DNA of 41,542 nt from Candidatus Aenigmatarchaeota archaeon (GTDB lineage Archaea; Aenigmatarchaeota; Aenigmatarchaeia; QMZP01): assembly GCA_043824495.1 (NCBI GenBank), contig JBDRSV010000029.1, positions 1-41,542 of the forward strand, written 5' to 3'. Positions 16,585 to 25,823 of the stretch are shown here, one piece after another; within the stretch, counting starts at the first letter, position 1; every line of letters starts with the position of its first letter. Under the pieces are notes generated by a model, which searched no databases, was not told the DNA's origin, and saw only the letters and a program-made list of their open reading frames with translations. The position numbers and the translations under genes are program-made.

Positions 16585-17652
16585 ATGGAAAATAAACTAA
16601 AAGAATTGTTTCACTTTGATTCAAATCCATTTACATTCAAAATAATTCCACAATTATTTGTCGGATATACAAATGAAGTAAATAGAATAATGAACGGAAT
16701 GACTGATGGTAGTAAATTCTCTTTACTTCTTGGACCAACTGGTTCAGGAAAAACAACACTTACTAGAGCTGTTCTACAAAAATTCGAAGAATATAATGGG
16801 AAATATAGAATAATTTATTTACCAAAACCACCAAAAAACCCAACTGATTGGGTAGTCATTTTTGAGAAGATAACAAAGAAAGGTTTTGTTTCATCTATCT
16901 TCATGCGTCAAAAACCACTCTCCCTCTATGAACTATGTGAAAATGTGAATGAAAAACTAGGAGACAAAAAATGTTTACTTTTCGTGGATGAGGCACATGA
17001 AGCTTCCTTGGAAAGTCTGGAATGGCTAAGAACGTTAGTAGATCATATTGATAATTTGTATATACTTCTTGCAGGTTTACCTGTTCTAGAAGGATTGCTA
17101 AAAGATAATCTAGAAACATTCCTAAGGAGAATGAATACTAGAATCGAGTTATCAAACCTCACAAAATCAGAGACAAGAGAACTAATCAAGAAAAGAATAG
17201 AAAGTGTGGGTGGAAGTGATACACACCCCTTCACACAAGATACAATAGAATTCATCTACAACAAAACAGGTGGTTTCCCACGTGAAATACTTAGAGTATG
17301 TAATGATTTAACAACAAGAGCAGCAGAGAAGAATATAACAACAATAGATTCTGATTTCATAAAAGAGTCTGAAGTTCCAGAAGCAAGAGTATCGCTAGAA
17401 AGTTTAAGCGAGCTTCCAGAGAGACAAAAAATGATCATAGATGTTTTATCAAACAAGGATGAGTTAACACCTTCACAGATAATAGCAAAAATGAACGTAG
17501 AAGAGTACAAAAACAAAGATAATGCGGTGAGAGCTGTCAATAACCTTCTTAGAAGATTAATGAGAGAGAATATAGTTGAAAGAAAGAAGGTTGGTAAGGC
17601 ATTCAAATATAAATTATCAAGTAAATTTCAGACATTGCTTGTAAACGCTTAG
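16585..17652 (+). CDS. AAA+ ATPase (ExeA/AAA_22-like) with C-terminal winged helix
   Basis: FDSNPF, Walker A GPTGSGKT, Walker B LLFVDEAH, LRR, GGFPREIL; C-terminal wHTH (VNNLLRRLMRENIVERKKVGKAFKY). Confidence 0.82.
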   Translation: MENKLKELFHFDSNPFTFKIIPQLFVGYTNEVNRIMNGMTDGSKFSLLLGPTGSGKTTLTRAVLQKFEEYNGKYRIIYLPKPPKNPTDWVVIFEKITKKGFVSSIFMRQKPLSLYELCENVNEKLGDKKCLLFVDEAHEASLESLEWLRTLVDHIDNLYILLAGLPVLEGLLKDNLETFLRRMNTRIELSNLTKSETRELIKKRIESVGGSDTHPFTQDTIEFIYNKTGGFPREILRVCNDLTTRAAEKNITTIDSDFIKESEVPEARVSLESLSELPERQKMIIDVLSNKDELTPSQIIAKMNVEEYKNKDNAVRAVNNLLRRLMRENIVERKKVGKAFKYKLSSKFQTLLVNA

Positions 17653-17717
17653 ACTGGAAGCCTGCCTAAAGCTTAAATAGTTTATTTCTAATATAATAGT
17701 ACTTGGAGGTGCAAGTA

Positions 17718-17978
17718 ATGGAAGAAAGAGTAAAAAGCAAGGCCCTTATCGGAAAAGTTTTGATTTCTGAAGAGACAGGTAAGAAATTCGGTTTAATAGG
17801 AGACATCGACTACATAACAGAATCCGGAGAACTTATTAATCTTGCTCTAACAGAAATAACTGATCATACAAAATCTCTCAAATTACAACAAGATGACAGA
17901 GGAAGACTATTAGTACCTTTCTCAGCAGTCAAGTCTGTAGGAGATTTCGTGATAATTAGTGAGAAAGATATCCTCTAG
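17718..17978 (+). CDS. PRC-barrel protein (resembles archaeal CdpB-type)
   Basis: LIGKVLISEETGKKFGLIGDI...LLVPFSAVKSVGDFVII; GGAGGTG SD. Confidence 0.85.
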   Translation: MEERVKSKALIGKVLISEETGKKFGLIGDIDYITESGELINLALTEITDHTKSLKLQQDDRGRLLVPFSAVKSVGDFVIISEKDIL

Positions 17979-18087
17979 ATCATTTTTTTCTTATCTATGG
18001 TATCTTATCTCATCGAATTCTATAATTAGTGGTTTTTAAATCCAGTTTAATGAATAATTAATAGATTTAACATTAAGGTGGTGAAAT

Positions 18088-18219
18088 ATGAAATTCAAGA
18101 AAACCCCTGGAAGTACAGTGGGATGGTTTGTCTTAAGTTTAATTCCAATCGCAAATTTGTACTTTATGTGGAAAACAGCTAAATTAATTGCTAATACGGA
18201 ATATGAAAGAGGGGATTGA
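18088..18219 (+). CDS. 43-aa small membrane protein
   Basis: MKFKKTPGSTVGWFVLSLIPIANLYFMWKTAKLIANTEYERGD; AGGTGGTGA SD; below the ORF-track cutoff. Confidence 0.6.
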   Translation: MKFKKTPGSTVGWFVLSLIPIANLYFMWKTAKLIANTEYERGD

Positions 18220-18238
18220 TAAAATCCCTTCCTTTATT

Positions 18239-19930
18239 TTATAGATGTAACTGTCCTAGTTTTGTATATTCTTGTAAGTGTTTTAGATGCAAACTTCTTT
18301 CTTTATGCAAATCTGAAATATCCTTCTTGATGAATTCTTCTAGAAGACTATGTGCTTTCTCTCCCCCAAGTATATGAGGTACTATCACATAATCAGCACC
18401 CTTCTCATACATTTCTAGAGCGTGATTTACACTGTTTGTGGTGACAAATATCATTGTATTCTTGTTATTTTCTTTGAATTTCCTGATAATGAATATGTTA
18501 TCATCATAATCTGGTATTGTGGAAACAACAAGTTTAGGCTTGAAATTTAGAAGTTTTCTAACTATATCTGTATCAGAAACATCACCATACATTGCATCAA
18601 GCTTCTTGGTTTTTGCTTCTTTGATTATGTTAGGATTGAAATCGACTATCAGGGTGTTATCTACATTCTTTATGTTCCTTAACATATTGTAACCCATCTT
18701 GTGGTAACCAAGAAGAATAATATCATAGGTCTTCTTGTCCATGTTTTCTATTTTTTCCTTTAATTTAGTTCTCTCGAAAATCTTCAAGAAACCAGACAAT
18801 TTATCATACAGCCTTTGATTATACATGATCATATAGCTGGATATTGTGATTGTTATGATTCCTACCATAGTCACCATAGATACTATATCTGCTCCTATAT
18901 GACCGAGAGTGAAGCCTAAAGCTACCATAACTAGTGAGAACTCGCTTATTTGCGCCACTGTAAGTCCAGAAAATAAGCTAGTCCTTCTTCTATAACCCAT
19001 CGCACCCATTAAGACCATCACAATAAGAGGATTTCCTAGAAGAACAAATATTGATAGAATGACAACAGGAACCATAAGAGACTGAACCATTGTGAATGTC
19101 ATCTGTGCACCTAAAAATATGAAGAAAAATATCAGGAAGAAGTCTCTCAGTGGTTTCAATCTACTTCCTATTTCATATTGATAAGGTAATGGAGCCATGC
19201 TTATACCAGCAAGTAAAGCTCCAATTTCTACTGAGAATCCAAGATACGTGGATAATAGTGCCATTACAAGAAGCCACGAAATACCAGATAAGAAAAGGAG
19301 TTCAGAATTCTTAGCTGTTTTGGATATCAAGAAAGGTAATAGATACTTACTGAAAATAATCACAACACCAAACAATATTATGAAATTGATAACATTTGTG
19401 AATAACAGTGTTTGTATATCACCTGTACCGAGACTGTTTAGTATTAGAAGAATTATAATTGCTATGATATCCTGAATAATCAGGAAACCGATTGAAATCT
19501 TACCGTATAGGGAATCCATATCATTTTTATCTGAAAGTAGTTTGACTATTATAATAGTACTACTGAAAGCAAGTGCTATGCTTATGTATAAAGATTCTAA
19601 GAAACCAAAACCGAAGAAAGCTGATAAAACATAACCAATAGCGACAGTGAAGAAAACCTGTCCTATACCTGTTATTATTGAGGTTTTCCCAACATCTTTC
19701 AAAATCTTGAAGTTTAGGTTTAAACCTACAAGGAAAAGCAAGAAAGCAACGCCAAGTTCAGCGAAAACAAACGTTTCATCAAAAGAAGATATGATATTGA
19801 AAACAGAAGGGCCGACGAGTATACCTGTTACTATATAAGCCAATATCATTGGCTGTTTAAATAGTCTTGCGAAATATGATAGTACTGTCGCAATTATTAT
19901 GATAACTCCAATATCAAACAACAGTGACAT
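18239..19930 (-). CDS. Kef-type K+/H+ antiporter (CPA2) with C-terminal TrkA-N/RCK domain
   Basis: AELGVAFLLFLVGL, LAFSSTIIIVKLL, QDIIA, AQISEFSLV; RCK IILLGYHKMG; likely start MSLLFDIG at 19930. Confidence 0.92.
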   Translation of the reverse strand: MSLLFDIGVIIIIATVLSYFARLFKQPMILAYIVTGILVGPSVFNIISSFDETFVFAELGVAFLLFLVGLNLNFKILKDVGKTSIITGIGQVFFTVAIGYVLSAFFGFGFLESLYISIALAFSSTIIIVKLLSDKNDMDSLYGKISIGFLIIQDIIAIIILLILNSLGTGDIQTLLFTNVINFIILFGVVIIFSKYLLPFLISKTAKNSELLFLSGISWLLVMALLSTYLGFSVEIGALLAGISMAPLPYQYEIGSRLKPLRDFFLIFFFIFLGAQMTFTMVQSLMVPVVILSIFVLLGNPLIVMVLMGAMGYRRRTSLFSGLTVAQISEFSLVMVALGFTLGHIGADIVSMVTMVGIITITISSYMIMYNQRLYDKLSGFLKIFERTKLKEKIENMDKKTYDIILLGYHKMGYNMLRNIKNVDNTLIVDFNPNIIKEAKTKKLDAMYGDVSDTDIVRKLLNFKPKLVVSTIPDYDDNIFIIRKFKENNKNTMIFVTTNSVNHALEMYEKGADYVIVPHILGGEKAHSLLEEFIKKDISDLHKERSLHLKHLQEYTKLGQLHL

Positions 19931-20039
19931 GTGATAAATTAGGTTTTCTAGAAATAAATAGTTGTTAAAGTTGAATTCTAGGCTCCTAGCCATTTATATG
20001 GGAAGTTTTACAAATAATAAAATACAAAGGAGGATTTCT

Positions 20040-20339
20040 ATGTACGGACATGGTGAAAGTCATATGCATTGTTGTGGTTGTAATGGTCGGTGCGTAGCCG
20101 GCGTAATAATTGCAATAATATTTGGTGCGCTCTTCTTATGGACTCTTGTACAAGGATTTGTTTTCCAGACAGCAGGAGCTCCAATGGCAACAGCTTTTGG
20201 ATATTATCTAATAGCTTTAATATTCGTAGTAGTTGCTAAATGGGCTAAAATGTGGGCACACGCATGTGGATGCAAGTGCAATGCTGATGTATCCAAACCA
20301 ATTGCACCAAAATCATTTGCACCAAAAAAGAAGAAGTAA
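20040..20339 (+). CDS. Small two-TM protein with His/Cys-rich termini
   Basis: AGGAGG SD; HGESHMHCCGCNGRC, two TMs, HACGCKC. Confidence 0.7.
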   Translation: MYGHGESHMHCCGCNGRCVAGVIIAIIFGALFLWTLVQGFVFQTAGAPMATAFGYYLIALIFVVVAKWAKMWAHACGCKCNADVSKPIAPKSFAPKKKK

Positions 20340-20350
20340 GTTGATTATTT

Positions 20351-21193
20351 TTACTTCTTTTCTTTTATTTTTCTTATTCTTGATACAAAGCCGCCTCTAC
20401 TCAACCCTGGAATAATTCTAAAACCGAATTCTGACTTTTTCAGTTTCAATTCTATGTCAGGTATCTTATTATCGAGTTTAGCATTGGAGCTCTTTTTCAG
20501 AAACTTCTGGATAACAACATCATTCTCATATTTGTTCAAAGTGCATGTGTAATAAACTATAATACCTCCGGGTTTAAGCAAATTGAAACCATTTTGCAAA
20601 AGTCTTTTTTGTGTAACAGATCTTCTCTTAACTCTATGATTGCTCTCCTCGAGAATGGAATCATATTTACTTACTATGCCTTCTCCAGAACAAGGAGCAT
20701 CAACTAGAACCTTATCATATTCTCCCTTGAACTTCACGCCATCTTCACAACGAGCTTTCACTCTGATTCCATATAATGTGAAATATTTCAACATTCTATT
20801 AAATCGTTTCCTATTCTTTTCCACACATGTGATTTCTGTTTTTGCTAAATCATGTATGAGACAAGTTTTCAAACCAGGAGCTGAACATAAATCTAAAACA
20901 GAATCTCCTTTCTTGAGGTCTAAAAGTAGTACAGGTAAAACAGAAGATAAATCTTGTATATGATAAATTCCTTTATCATATAGTTTTCCTGTGTGTATAA
21001 CTCCAGAAGATCTGTATATGTCTAGATTATTCAGTTTCTCTAGTTTACCTGTTTCTTTCTCAAGTTCTTCTTTGGTTACATGAAAGTGAGGATTAATTCG
21101 GACATATTTCGGAGGAAGTCTCTTGTATATGTCTAGAGATAAACCAACATCTTCCAGCCTCTTTCTTAGTTGTTCCAAATTCTTTTCTTTCAT
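20351..21193 (-). CDS. RsmB/NOL1/NOP2-family RNA m5C methyltransferase
   Basis: IQDLSS, VLDLCSAPGLKT, VLVDAPCSGEG, YTCTL..ENDVVI. Confidence 0.92.
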   Translation of the reverse strand: MKEKNLEQLRKRLEDVGLSLDIYKRLPPKYVRINPHFHVTKEELEKETGKLEKLNNLDIYRSSGVIHTGKLYDKGIYHIQDLSSVLPVLLLDLKKGDSVLDLCSAPGLKTCLIHDLAKTEITCVEKNRKRFNRMLKYFTLYGIRVKARCEDGVKFKGEYDKVLVDAPCSGEGIVSKYDSILEESNHRVKRRSVTQKRLLQNGFNLLKPGGIIVYYTCTLNKYENDVVIQKFLKKSSNAKLDNKIPDIELKLKKSEFGFRIIPGLSRGGFVSRIRKIKEKK

Positions 21194-21224
21194 AAGAAAG
21201 AGATGAAATCCTGTAATAAATAGC

Positions 21225-22592
21225 TTAAGCCTGAATCTTCATGTTAGGCTTGTTAAGAACCTCTAGTCCTTCTAGAGTTCCCTTTTCTATAAATTCTAGA
21301 GTGGCTCCACCACCGATAGATGCATGTGTTACGCTTGTTCCTATATTATTTACCAAGAAAGTGGATTCTCCGCCAGCTGAAATTGTTATGACTCCTTTCT
21401 TTGTTAGTTCTCCCATTTTCCTAACAATTTCCTGGCTATTGTTTGATATTGCTGTTACATCAGGCTTGTCAAACATTCCAACAGGACCGGCCATAACAAT
21501 GAGTCCAGATTCATCTAAAATAGAATTAAACTTCTGAACTGTTTCACTTCCTATGTCAACTCCTTGCCAACCCAAAGGTATTTTCTTTTGATTTGTTTTG
21601 AATTCTTTAGTTTCATTATTTCTTATAACATGATCCTCTGGTAAGACAATTTCAATTCCATTTTCTTTTGCTTTGTTTAAGACATCTTTTGCTAATCTAA
21701 CCTGTTCATCTATATTGTCCCATTTTAGATAGGATTCGCCAACTATCCCTTTGATCTTATCCTCATTTAGTTCATCTAAATCTAGTGATTTGGCAACCAA
21801 GAAAGTGTAGGCAACAGCTCCTCCTACAAGTATTTTGTCATGTGGAATCATTCTATCCAGAAGGTTGAGAGCAACAGTCATTTTCGATGTTATTCCAGGT
21901 TTTGTTTCTATCTTCTTCCCAGCGAGTATCAAAGAGAATGGTTTTCTTTTTTTGTTGTCTAAAATCCTGATTACGTTCTCCAAGCTTTCCACTTCTTTGA
22001 ATAATTGTGTTCCCATGAAAGTTGGTAGGTTCTTAGGGGTGTGTATAATATCAGATGCAGGTCTATGTCTATGTGCAAAATCTTCTGCTACATAGTAATC
22101 AACAAAGCTTGCCATTTTTTTTGCATATTCTTGATCTCCTTTATTATACTCTGGATCGAATCTAGGATTCTCCAAGACCAATACTTGACCATCCTGAAGT
22201 TTGGAAATTCTTTCTTCTACTATATCAAAGTTTTGGCTTATACTTCTTATCTCTCCTCCTAAATCACTAGGAGCCATGATCATTTCGTGTTTTAATAAAT
22301 TCTTTTCTTGCAAGTGTTTCTTGATGTACAAAAAGATTGTTATTGTGCTTAATTCTTTTTGTATGCCTTCTGGCCTGCCTAACCATCCAGGCTGTAAAAC
22401 AATTTTTGCATCATTCTCAACTAAGAAATCTAAAGTAGAAAGTAATGCATCAACTTTTGTTGTGTCTCTTATTCTTGTGATGTCATATGCATCCTTTTTC
22501 TTATCTAAAGGAACATCTGCACATCCACGTAAAAAAATAATCTTACCTTCTATTTCATTTTTTCCCATGTTCGTTATAAGAGGACTCTTCAT
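21225..22592 (-). CDS. pgk: Phosphoglycerate kinase, divergent substrate site
   Basis: LGRP, VLENPRFD, HRH, LPEDHV, DIGSET, GPVGMFD, ASIGGGATLEFIE; directly downstream of gap. Confidence 0.9.
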   Translation of the reverse strand: MKSPLITNMGKNEIEGKIIFLRGCADVPLDKKKDAYDITRIRDTTKVDALLSTLDFLVENDAKIVLQPGWLGRPEGIQKELSTITIFLYIKKHLQEKNLLKHEMIMAPSDLGGEIRSISQNFDIVEERISKLQDGQVLVLENPRFDPEYNKGDQEYAKKMASFVDYYVAEDFAHRHRPASDIIHTPKNLPTFMGTQLFKEVESLENVIRILDNKKRKPFSLILAGKKIETKPGITSKMTVALNLLDRMIPHDKILVGGAVAYTFLVAKSLDLDELNEDKIKGIVGESYLKWDNIDEQVRLAKDVLNKAKENGIEIVLPEDHVIRNNETKEFKTNQKKIPLGWQGVDIGSETVQKFNSILDESGLIVMAGPVGMFDKPDVTAISNNSQEIVRKMGELTKKGVITISAGGESTFLVNNIGTSVTHASIGGGATLEFIEKGTLEGLEVLNKPNMKIQA

Positions 22593-22593
22593 T

Positions 22594-23586
22594 TCATCGC
22601 CTAATAATATCTAACATATCATTTATTCTACAAGCGTAACCCCATTCATTATCATACCAAACTAGAATTTTGATCAAGTTGTCACCAAGACTCATAGTAC
22701 TTAAACCATCAAATATTGCTGAGTGAGAATTACCTATGATATCCGCACTTACAATCTCATCTTCTGTGTATTCAATCACACCTTTGTACTTACCCTCAGC
22801 TTCTCTTTTGAATAAATTGTTTACATCTTCTGCATTCGCAGATTTCTCCAGCTTAACTACGAGATCTACAACACTCCCATTAGCCACAGGAACTCTCAGG
22901 GCTATACCATTTAGTCTTCCTTCTAGTTGAGGCAAAACCTTACCAACAGATTTAGCTGCTCCTGTTGTTGTTGGAACTATAGACAAAGCTGCTGATCTTC
23001 CTCTTCTGAATTTCTTATGAGATCCGTCTAGAATTCTCTGATCACTTGTATAAGCATGCACAGTCGTCATGAAGCCTTCTCGTATCCCATAATTTTCATG
23101 TAAAACTTTAGCTACAGGAGCTAAACAATTTGTTGTACAGGAAGCAAGAGAAATAATTTTATGCTTATCTGGATTATATATCTCGTCATTCACATAAGGA
23201 ACTATTGTTACATCAGGATCCTTTCCAGGAGCAGCTATCAGAACTCTCTTTGCTCCTGCTTCTATGTGTTTAGATGCATCTTCTTTTGTTTTAAACTTGC
23301 CAGTAGATTCTACAACAACATCAATATCTAAATCCTTCCAAGGAAGATTCTTTGGGTCTCTGTCATTTACAATTTTTATTCGTCTATCTCCAACAATGAT
23401 TGAATCTCCGTCAACTTTTACATCTTCTTGAAAACGTCCAAAAACAGAATCATATTTTAGTAGATATGCAACGGTTTCAGGATCTCTTCCATTTATAGCA
23501 ACAAAATCAATTTCTTTGTTCTTTAATCCTGATCTTAGAATAGCTCGTCCAGTTCGACCAAATCCGTTAATAGCGACTCGCAGCAT
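22594..23586 (-). CDS. gap: Class I (bacterial-type) glyceraldehyde-3-phosphate dehydrogenase
   Basis: VAINGFGRTGR, ASCTTNCLAP, TTVHAYT, TTTGAAK, WYDNEWGY. Confidence 0.96.
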   Translation of the reverse strand: MLRVAINGFGRTGRAILRSGLKNKEIDFVAINGRDPETVAYLLKYDSVFGRFQEDVKVDGDSIIVGDRRIKIVNDRDPKNLPWKDLDIDVVVESTGKFKTKEDASKHIEAGAKRVLIAAPGKDPDVTIVPYVNDEIYNPDKHKIISLASCTTNCLAPVAKVLHENYGIREGFMTTVHAYTSDQRILDGSHKKFRRGRSAALSIVPTTTGAAKSVGKVLPQLEGRLNGIALRVPVANGSVVDLVVKLEKSANAEDVNNLFKREAEGKYKGVIEYTEDEIVSADIIGNSHSAIFDGLSTMSLGDNLIKILVWYDNEWGYACRINDMLDIIRR

Positions 23587-23671
23587 AGATCACCCAATTT
23601 AGCATACGCAATTTTCTATTTTAGATCTGTTTTAATCAGTATATAAGGGTTTTCCCGAATTTTTCCTAAGT

Positions 23672-24613
23672 CTACATGTCTCGGATGCCTTCTTTGACGA
23701 CCTTGAATATTGTTTCTCCCTCAGGTAATGATGGAGAATCTATTAGACGTGCAATTCTCTTTTCTGCTTTACTCTTTCTCAAGTAAAGTCTGAATGTTGC
23801 TTGGTGTCCAAGAATATGACCACCAATTGGAGTTGTTGGATCTCCGAATAGAACGTCAGGTCTTGACATCACTTGGTTAGTTATATATATTGCTAGATTG
23901 TAGACATCAGCTATCCGCTGTAGCTTGTGAAGGTGTCTGTTTAATTTTTGTTGTCTGTTAGCTAAAGTGCCTCTTCCAGTGTAATCACTTCTAAATGCAG
24001 AAGTAAGTGAATCCAGAATTACAATTCTGACATCGTGGTCTTTAACTAATTCTTCAACCTTGTCTACTAAAAGCATTTGATGATCTGAATTGTAAGCCCT
24101 CGCAGTTAATACGTTATCTAAAACTTTCTTAGGATCTAATCCAAGGCCTTCAGCCATATCTTTAATTCTTTCAGGTCTGAATGTTTGTTCTGTATCTATG
24201 AATACAGCCTTTCCGCTCAAACCGCCTTTATCTTTTGGTAGTTGAACTGTAACAGCCAATTGGTGAGCTAGTTGTGATTTTCCAGAACCAAATGCTCCAT
24301 GAGCTTCAAATATAGCTTGTGTTTCAATTCCGCCACCGATTAATTCGTCTAAAGCGGATGAACCGGTTGTTATCTTACCAACTAGCTCTCTTTTCTTCAT
24401 TGCTACAGTTGCGGTTTCAAAACCCATTTTCATTTTACTTCTTGCAGATGCAATTATCTTACCAGCTGTTTCTTCACCCACATCAGCTGCAGTTGATAAC
24501 TCTCCTGCAGAAGCAGCGGCTATAGCCATCATATCTTCATAACCAGCTTCTTTTAATTTTTCAGCAGTTTTCTTTCCGACTCCTGCTAAATCTTCAATTT
24601 CTTTCATTGACAT
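23672..24613 (-). CDS. radA: DNA repair/recombination protein RadA
   Basis: HhH N-terminus, [53 protein letters not shown]. Confidence 0.97.
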   Translation of the reverse strand: MSMKEIEDLAGVGKKTAEKLKEAGYEDMMAIAAASAGELSTAADVGEETAGKIIASARSKMKMGFETATVAMKKRELVGKITTGSSALDELIGGGIETQAIFEAHGAFGSGKSQLAHQLAVTVQLPKDKGGLSGKAVFIDTEQTFRPERIKDMAEGLGLDPKKVLDNVLTARAYNSDHQMLLVDKVEELVKDHDVRIVILDSLTSAFRSDYTGRGTLANRQQKLNRHLHKLQRIADVYNLAIYITNQVMSRPDVLFGDPTTPIGGHILGHQATFRLYLRKSKAEKRIARLIDSPSLPEGETIFKVVKEGIRDM

Positions 24614-24696
24614 TTAATCACCTAAAACCTTAGATCCCTGGTTTATGCGAATAACCAAATTCTTTCCATTTAATCTTGTACCCATAATTTAAATTC

Positions 24697-25695
24697 TTAC
24701 TGTAAAATTTCATTAATTTCTTTTTTTAGGTCAACTTCTTCCAAGTTATTTACAATAATTTCATTGGATTCTGTGAAATCGTTATGTTTCACAAAACCTG
24801 AGAATATGAATTCTTTTCCCATCACATCAACATTTTCATAAAGTTCAAGTGGATCTTTGAATCTCCTTTTCAACTCATCAGCTGATTCTCCAACAATTTT
24901 CTCTGCTTGTTCTCTAAAGAAAACGGCTCTTATATTACCCTTTCCGTCATCTATCACACCTGATAGTACCATATTGTATTTAGGTTCTACAACACCATGT
25001 TCCTTACAAACCCATTTTTCACTCTCATTTAATAATCGGGTTCCACATGTAGGACAGACTTCATAAAAAGGATTTCTCTTATATAATTGCACTAGACATG
25101 CGCGTGTTTCTGCGTAATCTCCAATTTTAATTTCAGATATTGTCATCTTCTTTGTTGGTGATCTGACATCAAATGACTGTTTCACATTACCTTCTGGTAT
25201 TTCTATCTCTTCTTCTACCTTTTCTACTTTACCTCTACCAAGCATGATGTTTGGGGTTCCTCTATTGTCATCTCTTACATAACCACCGCTAATTTTTATT
25301 ACATCTTCCTCTTTTATTTCTAATTTAGTTAGTAAATCAATTTCATCATTCCATAATGTTAGTCTAATTGTGCCTGTTTCATCAGCTAAATGAACATTAA
25401 GAACCTGTCCTTTCTTTCCTTTCTTATCAAAATTTCTAGGTTCATCTACTTTTACTATCTTAGCTAGCAAGTCAATTGATTTGATACCAGAAACAACATT
25501 CTTTATTTTCAACTGTTTTGTGTCATTCTTAAGCAAGCTTATACCAAGTTCTCTACCTATTATATAAGCTGCTCCTTCTTCAGAAACCAGACCAGATAAT
25601 TCGTCTTGCTTTTCCTCTATCATTTTCTTGATCTCTTCTTTGCTGTTTTTGGATTCTTTGATTATTTTCTCAATTATCTCGTCAACAGAACTCAT
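24697..25695 (-). CDS. rpa: Archaeal replication protein A (OB folds plus Zn finger)
   Basis: GLVSEEGAAYII, LADETGTIRLTLWN, CPTC...CKEHG, IDDGKGNIRAVFF. Confidence 0.9.
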   Translation of the reverse strand: MSSVDEIIEKIIKESKNSKEEIKKMIEEKQDELSGLVSEEGAAYIIGRELGISLLKNDTKQLKIKNVVSGIKSIDLLAKIVKVDEPRNFDKKGKKGQVLNVHLADETGTIRLTLWNDEIDLLTKLEIKEEDVIKISGGYVRDDNRGTPNIMLGRGKVEKVEEEIEIPEGNVKQSFDVRSPTKKMTISEIKIGDYAETRACLVQLYKRNPFYEVCPTCGTRLLNESEKWVCKEHGVVEPKYNMVLSGVIDDGKGNIRAVFFREQAEKIVGESADELKRRFKDPLELYENVDVMGKEFIFSGFVKHNDFTESNEIIVNNLEEVDLKKEINEILQ

Positions 25696-25730
25696 AGTTT
25701 ATTTAAGCACCCAAGATTTAAATAAAATTC

Positions 25731-25745
25731 GTGAAACTGTTTCAC
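25731..25745. promoter_or_regulatory. Perfect palindrome GTGAAAC-T-GTTTCAC upstream of rpa-radA
   Basis: Read directly; adjacent to a TATA-like element ~25 bp before the rpa ATG. Confidence 0.55.
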
Positions 25746-25823
25746 TCTATTACAATATCACATAACAGTAGTAAATACCTTTTTAAGTCTTCTGTTTATA
25801 TAAAAACATAATCAGGTAGACCT

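Noticed and set aside
24614-24685. 23-aa ORF MGTRLNGKNLVIRINQGSKVLGD between rpa and radA, stop abutting the radA ATG
   Set aside because: Too short, with no SD or recognisable motif; the TAA-ATG junction may simply reflect the radA SD region.
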